NCBI GenBank assembly: GCA_963664875.1
Contig: OY761611.1
Coordinates: 340,511-404,510 of the forward strand
DNA from: Candidatus Kapaibacterium sp.
GTDB lineage: Bacteria > Bacteroidota > Ignavibacteria > Kapaibacteriales > UBA2268
Direction: 5' to 3'
DNA: 64,000 nucleotides
This document shows positions 47,878 to 57,908 of the stretch, piece by piece (positions within the stretch are counted from its first letter, which is position 1; each line of letters starts with the position of its first letter). The notes below the pieces were generated by a model that did not search any database, was not told the DNA's origin, and saw only the letters and a program-made list of their open reading frames with translations. A program made the translations under genes and the position numbers.

Positions 47878-50616
47878 TTATCTATAAATTGGATAATTTC
47901 TTTTCTCTAACATCAAATCTTTTAGTTGAGAGGCATTTGCAGAGAATTTGAGATAAAAACCTCTGTTAAATCCTAATGGTATCCATTGAAAATAAAGATT
48001 CCAACAGTGAATGTTTTTATTAAAAGTTAGAGTAGGAACGTTTAGGTTCATCTTTACAAAGTCATAGCCACCTGAGACACTAAGTTTCCATGTTTTTGTC
48101 AAATCAACATTAAAGGATGCGTTAAGATAGCATTTATTTAGTTTATCTTCAAGTAGATTATTGTTATAAGCTATTTGAAAGTTTAAAGATGTTGAAAATG
48201 GGAAGCTGAGATTGGAATAACCCGGAGATGAATCTCCATAAAGATCAAATGTACCTGTTTCGTTTTGTTGTCTTTTAGAAAATCTGGAATTATAATTGAC
48301 TTCATCTTGGCTTTCATCATTAGAGACTGTATCACTTATTTCTGAACCGTCATCGAAAATATCTCGATTATCCCTTTTAGAACTATTGTCAGAAAACGAA
48401 AAATTTGTACTAAGGGTTAAGCTTGCCTGATTGAGTCGAATAGGAAATTTATTATTATTCCAAAGATAGCTGTTAATAGGGGCAAGAGAATAATTTGTTT
48501 CAATCGTTTCGTAAGGACTAAAGGAAGCATTTCCGTTAAGCGATATCTTTCTGGAACCGAACTGAATAGCATCCGAATTCCACGATAAAGAGAAATCACT
48601 TAACCTCATAGAATCTTTGGCGAAATCGAAAGAAAAACCTGTGCTCATTCTAAGCAGTTGCACATTCAAATCATCTAATGTATCACCCTGTGCAATTTTC
48701 ATCTCGAAAGTGTGATTATCGCTGTAGCGCAATGTCTTCGACATGCGAGAAGATGCTAAACCGCCATCAGCAAGATATTTGGAATAAATTACTTCCTTTC
48801 CTGTTTTATAGTTAAAGTATCTGCCAAACGAGTTACTATTAGAAGATTGGTCAGGAGTATAAGAAAAAGACAAACTAGGCTCAAAAGTATGCCTAAATGC
48901 TTTAGCACCAACCCAATCCGGTTTAATAAAAAACAAAAAAGGATTGTTTTCATCGACTATACCGAATACTTTTGTTTTAGCAGAAAGAGATAAAGAATAT
49001 CTATAATCAGTGAAAAAGCCTTTTTTATATTCATCTTTAATAGTTGAGTCTGAGGAATTCATTTCTCTGGTTAGTTGTCTGAAATAATTGTTTGCAGAAA
49101 ATGATAGACTTGGTGTTATAGTAAAAAATCCAACTTTGGGGTTAATTGAAATACTTGGTCTGTGTTCGATAACTTTTTTATAAGTGAAAGTAGTATCGTT
49201 AGGAATAGAATCTATAGCAGATAAGCGAATATCTCTGTTATCCCAATAACGAGCGTTAGCAGTATATCTCAAAGAGAGGCCTTCTAAAACTCCCGGGAGC
49301 TTTGGAAGTATATTATTAGCATTGAAAGACAAAGGAATATTTTGTGTGTATGAACCTGTGACTATATTAAAATCGCGAGTATATGAGGCAGAAAATCTAT
49401 GTCCGTTATCAAATGTTTTACTATAAGATGCTGATGATTTCATTTCCTGCTGGACTCTCTGATTAATGTTAGTTGATGTGAGAGTATTGAAACCTGTGGA
49501 AGCAAAATTAAGATCGAATGTTGCATATTCAGTTGGGTTGAATGTATGTCTGTGATTGAATATGACTTCATAAGCCGTGCTATAAACATCATCCGTATTT
49601 TTGACACGCCCGTATGATAAATTTAATTTACCATTGAATCTGTCCTTAAGTACCCATCTGGTTTCATTCATTAGCATAAAACCAGCTCTTGAGTATAGAT
49701 TCGTAGTTAATTTGGTATCCCAATAGTCAGAGGCTGCCCAGTAATAACCAAGTTCTTCGAAAACAACACCTCTTTGGTTAGAAAAGAAAAAAGAAGGGAT
49801 AATAATACCTGATCTTCTTCCGGATTGTGATGGAAAAAACAGACCAAATGGTATGGGAAGAATGGGCATATCTTCTACGTACAGTACAACATCTTCAAGC
49901 AAAATCCTGTCATCAGGTATTATTTTCATTTTACCGGATGCAAAATGGAAGTGAGGCATTGGATCGTCGCAGGTAGTATATTTACCGTCTTGAACATACA
50001 TACAGTTTTCAGAAACCCGTTTTATTTTGTTACCAAAATAGAAACCTTCTTCCATTTCTGTTTCACCTTCGCTGATTGTTCCGCGTTTAGTTTTGAAGTT
50101 GAAATTTATCTTTTTACCTGTAAATTTTTCTCCGTTATCGTCGAACTGTGGAATGCCTGTAACGTTTCCCGCAGAATCAATAGTTGGCTGAGCAATTAGC
50201 TTGTAATCTTCCATATAAAGCTCAATAATTTCAGCTTCGAGCTTTTGATTGCCGTAATCTAAAGTTGATTTGCCTCTAATTCTCATTTTTTTTGTCGGAA
50301 AATTGAATACTACGGAATCTCGTCCATAGTATGTTACATTCGTATCCAAAGAAGAATTCTTATTAGGTAATCTTTCTAATACAAGAGAAGCATCAGTTAT
50401 TGTGCTAATTGAGTCTTTAAGCAGAGTATCCTGATTGGAGAGAAGAGAATCCGAATCTGTCTTTATGCTGTCTTGAATAACTGATATATTCCTATTAGAT
50501 ATCTGACTGTTTGCAGATAAAGATAGGAGTATAAAAAACATAATAAACAATATATGTAAGTATTTATTCGCCTTTTTTGTCATCAGTGTATTCTTTAGCT
50601 TAATCATAGAGTACAA
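47878..50616 (-). CDS. lptD: LPS-assembly outer-membrane protein LptD (OstA)-like
   Basis: Signal peptide, OstA-like N-terminal beta-jellyroll pattern (YGNQKLEAEIIELYMEDYKLIAQ, ...YTTCDD), ~900-aa beta-barrel with terminal aromatic residues. Confidence 0.5.
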   Translation of the reverse strand: MYSMIKLKNTLMTKKANKYLHILFIMFFILLSLSANSQISNRNISVIQDSIKTDSDSLLSNQDTLLKDSISTITDASLVLERLPNKNSSLDTNVTYYGRDSVVFNFPTKKMRIRGKSTLDYGNQKLEAEIIELYMEDYKLIAQPTIDSAGNVTGIPQFDDNGEKFTGKKINFNFKTKRGTISEGETEMEEGFYFGNKIKRVSENCMYVQDGKYTTCDDPMPHFHFASGKMKIIPDDRILLEDVVLYVEDMPILPIPFGLFFPSQSGRRSGIIIPSFFFSNQRGVVFEELGYYWAASDYWDTKLTTNLYSRAGFMLMNETRWVLKDRFNGKLNLSYGRVKNTDDVYSTAYEVIFNHRHTFNPTEYATFDLNFASTGFNTLTSTNINQRVQQEMKSSASYSKTFDNGHRFSASYTRDFNIVTGSYTQNIPLSFNANNILPKLPGVLEGLSLRYTANARYWDNRDIRLSAIDSIPNDTTFTYKKVIEHRPSISINPKVGFFTITPSLSFSANNYFRQLTREMNSSDSTIKDEYKKGFFTDYRYSLSLSAKTKVFGIVDENNPFLFFIKPDWVGAKAFRHTFEPSLSFSYTPDQSSNSNSFGRYFNYKTGKEVIYSKYLADGGLASSRMSKTLRYSDNHTFEMKIAQGDTLDDLNVQLLRMSTGFSFDFAKDSMRLSDFSLSWNSDAIQFGSRKISLNGNASFSPYETIETNYSLAPINSYLWNNNKFPIRLNQASLTLSTNFSFSDNSSKRDNRDIFDDGSEISDTVSNDESQDEVNYNSRFSKRQQNETGTFDLYGDSSPGYSNLSFPFSTSLNFQIAYNNNLLEDKLNKCYLNASFNVDLTKTWKLSVSGGYDFVKMNLNVPTLTFNKNIHCWNLYFQWIPLGFNRGFYLKFSANASQLKDLMLEKRNYPIYR

Positions 50617-50783
50617 AAATAAAGATATTTTGCTTAAATATCAGAATTTATATATTCACTATACGTAAACTTGAATGTTTAGTTTTTTAGCACAAAAATC
50701 AAGCTGAGGCATTTCTTCGGTTCAAGTTTTAACGGATTATGCCGATAACAATTTAGTATATATATACTCAAAGGAATTGGTTT

Positions 50784-53700
50784 GTGAGTTTGAGGTATTA
50801 CATATTTGTTTTACTTTTTTTTGCTGTGAAGTTTGTATCGTTACAAGCTTTCGATAAAAATGCGGGCAATTGGAATAACGACGTCCTTTTTTTATACAAA
50901 ACAAAAAATGCCAACTACTGGATTTGTCGTGATAAAATTGTTTATGATTCATACAAGATAGTAAAACATAGTGAAGATAGTCTCAAAATTGAAGGTTTTT
51001 CGAGCTCGATATCTTTTGAAAATATCAACGATAATTATGCTATTCATCAAATAGAAAGCAAAAATAAGAATGCGAACTTTAGAGAGACCTGCGACACACT
51101 CATATTTGAAGATTTTTATAACGAAATAGATTTGAGATTATACCATAAAAATGAAGTTCTTGCTTTTGACTTTTTATGCAATATCCACTCCAATCCAAAT
51201 GATATATCAATATCAATACCGGAAGACTACAGTATAACTAACTCAGGTAGTAAGATAAATCTCATAGAGAATGAAAGTGGATTTGCCTTGATATTAGACT
51301 CTTTGAATACCTACACCAATTACAATACTTCTATTGCCTCAAATTTTTACTTAGACAGTAAGAAGATAAAAATAAATACAGAAGCCAATAAATATGATTC
51401 TTATGTGATTGATCCTATAGTTTTCTCCACTTTTCTTGGTGGCTCTTCTTACGAATATGCCAGAGATGTAGTCAGTAATCAACAAAGTATATATGTTGTC
51501 GGATATTCTGCATCAAAGAATTTCCCTATAAAAGAAGGTGCTTATACGGAATACATAAAAGAAAGCGAGGCAGGAGAAATTGACATAATAGTCAGCCGAT
51601 TCAATAGAAACGGATCAGAATTGCTTTCGAGTACGTATTTTGGATCCTATTTTAATGATTATGCTGAAGCTATATGTTTAGATTCCAATTCTAATGTTTA
51701 TATCACAGGATATTTTGTTTCTAATTCGACCTTTCCATATACTCTAAATGGCATTGATACCACACTTGAAGCAGGTTATGAAGGTTTTGTAGCTTGTTTT
51801 GATAGTAGCCTGTCAGTTTTACGCTATTGTACTCTTATCAGTGGAGAATCAGATGATTTTCCTCAAAATATTTATTATAATCATCAAACAAGAAGTATAG
51901 ATGTTGCAGGATATACTTACTCGAAAGAGACATTCCCAATATCAGATACTAAGCACATAAATTATAAATCCGAGAAAGCTGATGGCTTTTATTTGTCTTT
52001 ATCTCCCGATTTGTCTAAAATAAATAGTTCAATTATTTGGGGTGGCAAAGACGATGACTTTTGCCATGATTTTGCATTTGATTCCAATAAAATTATAGCT
52101 ATAGGTTATAGCTTATCCAATGATTATCCACTATTATCTGAAGATGCCACATACCTGCAAAAAAGAGATTCGATCAATGGAGATGCATATATAAGTAAAT
52201 TCGATAAAACAAATCTTCGATTGGAAAAATCAATAATACTAAGCGGTATAAAAAAAGATATAGCATATACTATATCAAGTTTCAATGACACAACATTCTC
52301 GATAGCTGGCTATACAGAATCTATTGATTTTCCGGTTACTTCAAATGCCTACGATAATATTTACAGCAACGGAATAAGTCTATCTAAGGGTGATGCTTTT
52401 GTTACTAAAATAAATAATGATTTAGTACCAAAATATATCAGCTATTATGGTGGAGGGGAGACCGATAGAGCATTTGATTGTGGACACGACAGTAAAGGAA
52501 ACACATACATAATTGGTTCTACTTATTCAATAGATCTACCAATAAAAGGGCCATTTATTAACGACAGCTTTGCTGACACAAGTAGCAATTCTGATGCTTT
52601 TGTAGCAAAAATAAGTAGCGATGGTCAAAATTTACTTTATTCTACTTATTTAGGTGGTTCGAAGATTGATATAGCCCGTGCCTTATTTGTCGAGAAAAGT
52701 GACTACACGATTGTTACAGGTTGGACTTCCTCAGCTGATTTTCCTGTCAGCGAAGCTGCTTTTGATACAACTCACAACAATAACAACTTAGCTGACATCT
52801 TTTTATTTAAATTTTTGCCTTCAAGAATTGAATTTGACAAAGGAAATTTACTTACACTTTGTAATGTTGATACTATTGAGATAAGTACCGAGCTTTATGA
52901 TTTCGATGAGATAGATACTCTTTATTGGATGCCGGATTATAACATTTCTTCAATATATTCACTCAATACTGTATTATATCCTGATTCGAGTACTATTTAT
53001 ACTTTGTTTGTTCGGGACACAACCGGCTTTTTAGATTCCGCTTCTATAGATATAAGAATAATAGAGTTTCCTGATAAAATGATTTCGGGGCCGACTAAAG
53101 TGAAGCCGGATATAGAATATCAATATTCAGCAGAGTATAAAGAATTGATATCCTATCACTGGGTTGTGAATGCCGGAGAAGTTATCGAAGGCAATGATTC
53201 TAACTCAGTTACAATTAAATGGACTAATCCTGATGAAGGAAGTATTCAAGTTTTTTATAATACCGATTTTGGTTGTAGAGACTCTTCAAATATTGTTTAT
53301 ACAGTATATGATACAATAATTAAACCTCATATTAAACCAATAACCAAAACAAAAGTATGCAAGGGGCAGCCTGTGATATTTGATGCAGGAGCCGGATATA
53401 AAGTATATCAATGGTCAACCGGTTCTACTGCAAGATTTGATACAGTATTTTCTGCAGGTTTGTACTGGGCTGTTCTCAAGGATTATGATAATGTAATTCA
53501 CTTTACTGATACTGTGTTTGTTACGCTCCTTCCACTGCCGCAGATACCTTCAATTGTTGCAGAAAGCAATAAACTAACTTCTACAGAAGAAGATTTAGGC
53601 TATCAGTGGTATCTTGATGGTTTACCAATTGAAAATACAAACTCAAAAACATACTTTGCGAAAGAAAGTGGATATTATCAGGTTGAACTAATCAATAAAA

Positions 53701-53990
53701 ACGATTGCAAAAACAAGTCTGATTCCTTGTATGTAACAGTAAGCAGTGTCATAGATGTAGGTAAGGATTTTGAGTATTATATATATAATGAGATACTCGA
53801 ATTCAGAGCTGAATATGATTGTGATATAGTTATTTATGATATTACCGGGAGACAAGTGTTAAGTAAGTATTTTGCAAGAAGTACGAATATTGATTTACAC
53901 AATCTGAGCGGTGGAGTCTATTATGTTGAAATTAAGCCATTGACAAAAGCAATGACTTATCCCCATGTATTCAAATTTATAAAATATTAA
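50784..53990 (+). CDS. Secreted beta-propeller-repeat (SBBP-like) protein with Cys-containing Ig-like repeats and T9SS C-terminal sorting domain
   Basis: Signal peptide; repeated ...GxxDAFVAK...LxYSTYLGG... units; C-terminal ...YDITGRQV...GVYYVEI... Por/T9SS CTD. Confidence 0.75.
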   Translation: MSLRYYIFVLLFFAVKFVSLQAFDKNAGNWNNDVLFLYKTKNANYWICRDKIVYDSYKIVKHSEDSLKIEGFSSSISFENINDNYAIHQIESKNKNANFRETCDTLIFEDFYNEIDLRLYHKNEVLAFDFLCNIHSNPNDISISIPEDYSITNSGSKINLIENESGFALILDSLNTYTNYNTSIASNFYLDSKKIKINTEANKYDSYVIDPIVFSTFLGGSSYEYARDVVSNQQSIYVVGYSASKNFPIKEGAYTEYIKESEAGEIDIIVSRFNRNGSELLSSTYFGSYFNDYAEAICLDSNSNVYITGYFVSNSTFPYTLNGIDTTLEAGYEGFVACFDSSLSVLRYCTLISGESDDFPQNIYYNHQTRSIDVAGYTYSKETFPISDTKHINYKSEKADGFYLSLSPDLSKINSSIIWGGKDDDFCHDFAFDSNKIIAIGYSLSNDYPLLSEDATYLQKRDSINGDAYISKFDKTNLRLEKSIILSGIKKDIAYTISSFNDTTFSIAGYTESIDFPVTSNAYDNIYSNGISLSKGDAFVTKINNDLVPKYISYYGGGETDRAFDCGHDSKGNTYIIGSTYSIDLPIKGPFINDSFADTSSNSDAFVAKISSDGQNLLYSTYLGGSKIDIARALFVEKSDYTIVTGWTSSADFPVSEAAFDTTHNNNNLADIFLFKFLPSRIEFDKGNLLTLCNVDTIEISTELYDFDEIDTLYWMPDYNISSIYSLNTVLYPDSSTIYTLFVRDTTGFLDSASIDIRIIEFPDKMISGPTKVKPDIEYQYSAEYKELISYHWVVNAGEVIEGNDSNSVTIKWTNPDEGSIQVFYNTDFGCRDSSNIVYTVYDTIIKPHIKPITKTKVCKGQPVIFDAGAGYKVYQWSTGSTARFDTVFSAGLYWAVLKDYDNVIHFTDTVFVTLLPLPQIPSIVAESNKLTSTEEDLGYQWYLDGLPIENTNSKTYFAKESGYYQVELINKNDCKNKSDSLYVTVSSVIDVGKDFEYYIYNEILEFRAEYDCDIVIYDITGRQVLSKYFARSTNIDLHNLSGGVYYVEIKPLTKAMTYPHVFKFIKY

Positions 53991-54043
53991 ATTCCTGCAT
54001 TCGTATAATTTATATATTAAATAACGATAGCAAGGAACATAAT

Positions 54044-54283
54044 ATGCCTGAACCTAAACCAATAATGACAAAACCAATCAAAGAAACACCTGCAATAGGC
54101 AAAAATTGGTGGTGTACTTGTGGTCAATCTGAAAATCAACCTTATTGTGACGGCAAACATAAGAATTACCCGGGATATTCACCGCTTATGTTTGAGATAC
54201 TCGAAGAAAAAGAAGTGTGGCTCTGTACTTGTAAAAAAACATCAAAGCCGCCTTATTGCGATGGTGCACATAAGAAACTTTAA
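54044..54283 (+). CDS. CDGSH iron-sulfur domain protein (two CDGSH motifs)
   Basis: CTCGQSENQPYCDGKH and CTCKKTSKPPYCDGAH. Confidence 0.8.
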   Translation: MPEPKPIMTKPIKETPAIGKNWWCTCGQSENQPYCDGKHKNYPGYSPLMFEILEEKEVWLCTCKKTSKPPYCDGAHKKL

Positions 54284-54327
54284 AATTCAGAAAAACCAAC
54301 CGATACTCTCAGTTGGTTTTTCGCATT

Positions 54328-54885
54328 TTAGTCTTTCCATTTGATTCCGCAGCCAACACTTGGTATTTGTGTAGGGGAAATGGATTTGTCTTGCAATATG
54401 AGTTGCAGAACATCATCTAAAGTGTCGCCGGTAGCATAGGTATCATTGTTTGGACGGGAATCGTCAAACTGACCTCTATAAACTAAGGACATATCTTGGT
54501 CATAGACAAAAATATCAGGTGTGCAAGCTGCCCCGTAAGCTTTAGCAGTTTCCTGAGTTTCGTCGTATAAATATGGGAATCTATACCCTAAGTTTTTAGC
54601 TATCGCCACCATGTTTTCAGGAGAGTCATCAGGATACTTTTCAGCATCATTTGGGTTGATTGCAATAAACTTTATTCCTGTTTCTAAGTATTTGTTTACC
54701 AAAGCAACAAGTGCTTTATTGATGTTTTTAACATAAGGACAATGATTGCAGATAAACATGATGACTGTACCTTTCTCTCCTTTAAGTTCATCCAAATCTT
54801 GGAAGACATTTTTACATGGATTAAAGAGAGAAAAATGTGGAGCTTTAGAGCCGAGATCGACCATTTTTGATGCAGTTTCAGCCAT
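54328..54885 (-). CDS. Thioredoxin-fold thiol-disulfide oxidoreductase (AhpC/TSA-like)
   Basis: CxxC motif FICNHCPYV in a thioredoxin-like context. Confidence 0.65.
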   Translation of the reverse strand: MAETASKMVDLGSKAPHFSLFNPCKNVFQDLDELKGEKGTVIMFICNHCPYVKNINKALVALVNKYLETGIKFIAINPNDAEKYPDDSPENMVAIAKNLGYRFPYLYDETQETAKAYGAACTPDIFVYDQDMSLVYRGQFDDSRPNNDTYATGDTLDDVLQLILQDKSISPTQIPSVGCGIKWKD

Positions 54886-54903
54886 GGGATTTACTCCTGA
54901 TTG

Positions 54904-55752
54904 TTATGAATAATATTTTGTTCTCAATTTAGCAGAAGAGATGTAAGGAGATTGTTGTTGTTTTAGTGTAAATATCACTAATAGCAGTAGAATGATTGTT
55001 GTCAAAATCGAACTTTCGATACCGAACTTACTTATAAAAAACGAATCAAGTAAGAAATTATTAAGTGGATATTCAATAGTAAAAAAGTTTAGGTCAATAT
55101 TATTGCCACTGATAGCGGAATTAAGAAAGAATTGCTGACTAATATTCCAAAAAAAATGAAATATGGTAGGATATAATATGTTTTCTGTCTTCAGATACAA
55201 AACACTTAAAAAAATACCGGCAAGAAATATATTAAGTGCTGCAATTGACTCAATTCCGGGATTAGAAAAATGAGCTAATGAAAAAGCAATTGAAGACAGT
55301 AAAATGATGGGTGTTTTATTGTATCTATTAGCTAAAAAACCAAAAATAAAGCCTCGAAATACTAATTCTTCGAAAAAAGACAATATAAGCAGTATAAGCG
55401 TCATATCTAAGAAGTAAGAATCAAACTTGAATTGAGGATTTTGTGTAATATCAGCTCCTGCCAAATAAAGCAACCCAAGTAGTAGTATAAAAATCGGAAG
55501 TGGTGAAATAACTATGAATACCATCCTGGAAAAAGTAAAAGAATCAAAGCTCAGAAAGAAACTTTTTGCTTCACTTTTGTATATTAAAGGACTAACTAAA
55601 AGTCCCGGGATAAAAAGGGATACTGCTACATCGGTATAAATCAATTCAAATATTTGGATAGAATCAATAATAGCATAAAATATAATGGCTAACACAAAGT
55701 AAAGTGTTAGCCATAACAATGTATGATAGAGATAAATATATTTATCCTTCAT
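54904..55752 (-). CDS. CPBP family intramembrane metalloprotease (CAAX protease/Abi family)
   Basis: EELVFRGFIFGF (EExxxR), FSLAHF (FxxxH), HFFWN (HxxxN) on a polytopic membrane protein. Confidence 0.8.
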   Translation of the reverse strand: MKDKYIYLYHTLLWLTLYFVLAIIFYAIIDSIQIFELIYTDVAVSLFIPGLLVSPLIYKSEAKSFFLSFDSFTFSRMVFIVISPLPIFILLLGLLYLAGADITQNPQFKFDSYFLDMTLILLILSFFEELVFRGFIFGFLANRYNKTPIILLSSIAFSLAHFSNPGIESIAALNIFLAGIFLSVLYLKTENILYPTIFHFFWNISQQFFLNSAISGNNIDLNFFTIEYPLNNFLLDSFFISKFGIESSILTTIILLLLVIFTLKQQQSPYISSAKLRTKYYS

Positions 55753-55936
55753 TGCTTATTTTTGTGATATGTTCCTGAATATAGGCTTGCATTTTTTGTT
55801 CAACTTCTTCGTGTTGCTCGCCTGTAATCATGTAATTAAGTTGCGGACAATAAGAAGCATATTCAGATTCTGCACGTCTTCGGATTAATATTTCATAATC
55901 GAAAGTATTTTGGCTTTTAGAGATTTCAAAACTCAT
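55742..55936 (-). CDS. Small HicB-like (UPF0150) family protein
   Basis: 64 aa; FDYEILIRRRAESEYASYCPQLNYMITGEQHEEVEQKMQAYIQEHI matches the HicB-like RNase-H-fold N-domain pattern; 11-nt overlap with the CPBP gene start. Confidence 0.4.
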   Translation of the reverse strand: MSFEISKSQNTFDYEILIRRRAESEYASYCPQLNYMITGEQHEEVEQKMQAYIQEHITKISNEG

Positions 55937-55966
55937 TTTAGTTCCTTATATTTTGTTTTTTGAAAT

Positions 55967-57907
55967 TTGCAAAATAGACTACTAATACTAAAAAAAATTT
56001 TCTATTTGAGTAGGTCAAATTTGAATATATCTAAAAATATCAAAAAAGCTTTAAAAATTGAAACGAAAGTTCTAATAAAAAAGCTTTTCTATAAAGCTAT
56101 TTCTATAATCAGTGATTTTTTCAAAGAGTTGTCTGATAAGAAAAGAACTACTTATGAATTGTTCCATAATTTAGAACTCTTTGAATTAGAATTGATTTCG
56201 TTGGACTTTGTTGAATATGATGCTGAGTGGGTCAAAAAAACTTTACAATGTGAAATTAACATTTTTGGAAAAAACATAGCTTTAGAGCTACTCGACGGTA
56301 AAACAGCAGAGTTTTGCAAACATCAAAATCAAATATTGTTAAAATACATAAAGAGTGATTTTAAGTATTTTAACTGGGATAAAGACTATATAAGTGGCTA
56401 TCAATGGGATGGTACTTTATGGCACAAAAAAATAAGATATGGTAACTTTCGAGGTGCAGATATAAAAGTACCTTGGGAAATAGGCAGATTGCAATTTCTT
56501 TTGCCGTTAGCAATTCAAAGTACAAAATCTGAAGACTCATCGAAATCTGAAAATATTAAAGAAATAATTTTCTCATTCATTGTGGCAAACCCTCCAAGGT
56601 TCGGTACTCAATGGATGACCTCTATGGATATTGCAATTAGAGCAATAAATTTGCTCTTAACTCTCAATGTCCTTTACAGGAGTGCTCAGAATATCTTTGA
56701 TAAAGAAGAAGAGATGTTGGTACTTAGTTATTTAGTGCAACATGGGCTACATATAGAAAATAATCTTGAGTATAGTCAGGGAATGAGAGGAAATCATTAC
56801 TTTGCTAATATCATTGGTATATTAGTATGTGCTGTAATGATCAAAAAATACCCGCAAAGAGAAGCAAAAATAGAGGAATACACAAAAGAGTTATTGAAAG
56901 AAGTACGTTACCAATTTGGAAATGATGGTGTTAACTTTGAAGCTTCGATACCTTATCACTTCTTTGTCTTTGAGATGTTTGAATTTGCCATGAATCTGCT
57001 AAATCAAGCAGAGAAAGAACTAAATCTTAGTTTGGCAAAATCTTATCATGAACTAACGCAACTTTATGCTCAGATTAAATCAGCATCTTCCGGACTGATT
57101 TATTTTAATCACATACCTCAGATTGGTGATAATGACGGCGGGTATCTTTATAACACCTTTCCCACAGATGATATATCAGAAATAAAGAACGGAGTACTGA
57201 AACGTTTGAATTTTGATAATAATCAAATTGGATATAACTTTTATCAAAATTCAGGAATTTATAGCAACAATCGAGAGCTTTATTATTTTGTTTCCAGATG
57301 TGGTAAGATTGGACAAAATGGAAAAGGTGGTCACGATCACAATGACCACACTTCATTTGAATTATACGTTAAAGGTAGGCAGGTAATAGTAGATCCGGGC
57401 ACATATAATTACACAGCTTATTTTGATGAACGTAATAAATATAGATCTGCTCAATATCATAATATTTTTGCACCATTAAACGAAGAGCAAAACTTATTTG
57501 ATAACATAAGCAAAGATGATCTGTTTTGGATAAGGGAAGAAAGGACTAAAGGTAAAATAATTCAATCAGATTCGGCAAAATATGTGGCAACTCATGAGGC
57601 ATACCATGCTGTTTGTATAAGAGATGTCAGATTTGAGGACAAAAAATTGTATTTTAGTGATACTATTGAAAAATCAGGGAACAAGATACTACGTTTGTTT
57701 TTTGCTCCCGGACTCGAAATAAAGTATGATGAAGATAGTTTTCTAGTGATCGGTGATAAAACTTTAGCAAGGATAAAGTGTATCAATCAAGGGAGAGTCG
57801 TAGAATATGATTACTCAAAATCATACTTCTATAAAGAAAAAGCATTTGCTCTTGAATTTATGACACATGAGAAAAATCTGGAATGGATAATAGAGATTTT
57901 GGATTAG
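55967..57907 (+). CDS. Heparinase II/III-like family polysaccharide lyase-like protein
   Basis: C-terminal GKGGHDHNDHTSFELYVKGRQVIVDPGTYNYT motif of the Hepar_II_III domain. Confidence 0.65.
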   Translation: MQNRLLILKKIFYLSRSNLNISKNIKKALKIETKVLIKKLFYKAISIISDFFKELSDKKRTTYELFHNLELFELELISLDFVEYDAEWVKKTLQCEINIFGKNIALELLDGKTAEFCKHQNQILLKYIKSDFKYFNWDKDYISGYQWDGTLWHKKIRYGNFRGADIKVPWEIGRLQFLLPLAIQSTKSEDSSKSENIKEIIFSFIVANPPRFGTQWMTSMDIAIRAINLLLTLNVLYRSAQNIFDKEEEMLVLSYLVQHGLHIENNLEYSQGMRGNHYFANIIGILVCAVMIKKYPQREAKIEEYTKELLKEVRYQFGNDGVNFEASIPYHFFVFEMFEFAMNLLNQAEKELNLSLAKSYHELTQLYAQIKSASSGLIYFNHIPQIGDNDGGYLYNTFPTDDISEIKNGVLKRLNFDNNQIGYNFYQNSGIYSNNRELYYFVSRCGKIGQNGKGGHDHNDHTSFELYVKGRQVIVDPGTYNYTAYFDERNKYRSAQYHNIFAPLNEEQNLFDNISKDDLFWIREERTKGKIIQSDSAKYVATHEAYHAVCIRDVRFEDKKLYFSDTIEKSGNKILRLFFAPGLEIKYDEDSFLVIGDKTLARIKCINQGRVVEYDYSKSYFYKEKAFALEFMTHEKNLEWIIEILD

Positions 57908-57908
57908 T

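Noticed and set aside
54120-54344. 74-aa ORF overlapping the CDGSH gene in another frame
   Set aside because: Out-of-frame overlap with a gene that has two perfect CDGSH motifs; the alternative frame has no features and runs into the convergent thioredoxin-like gene.
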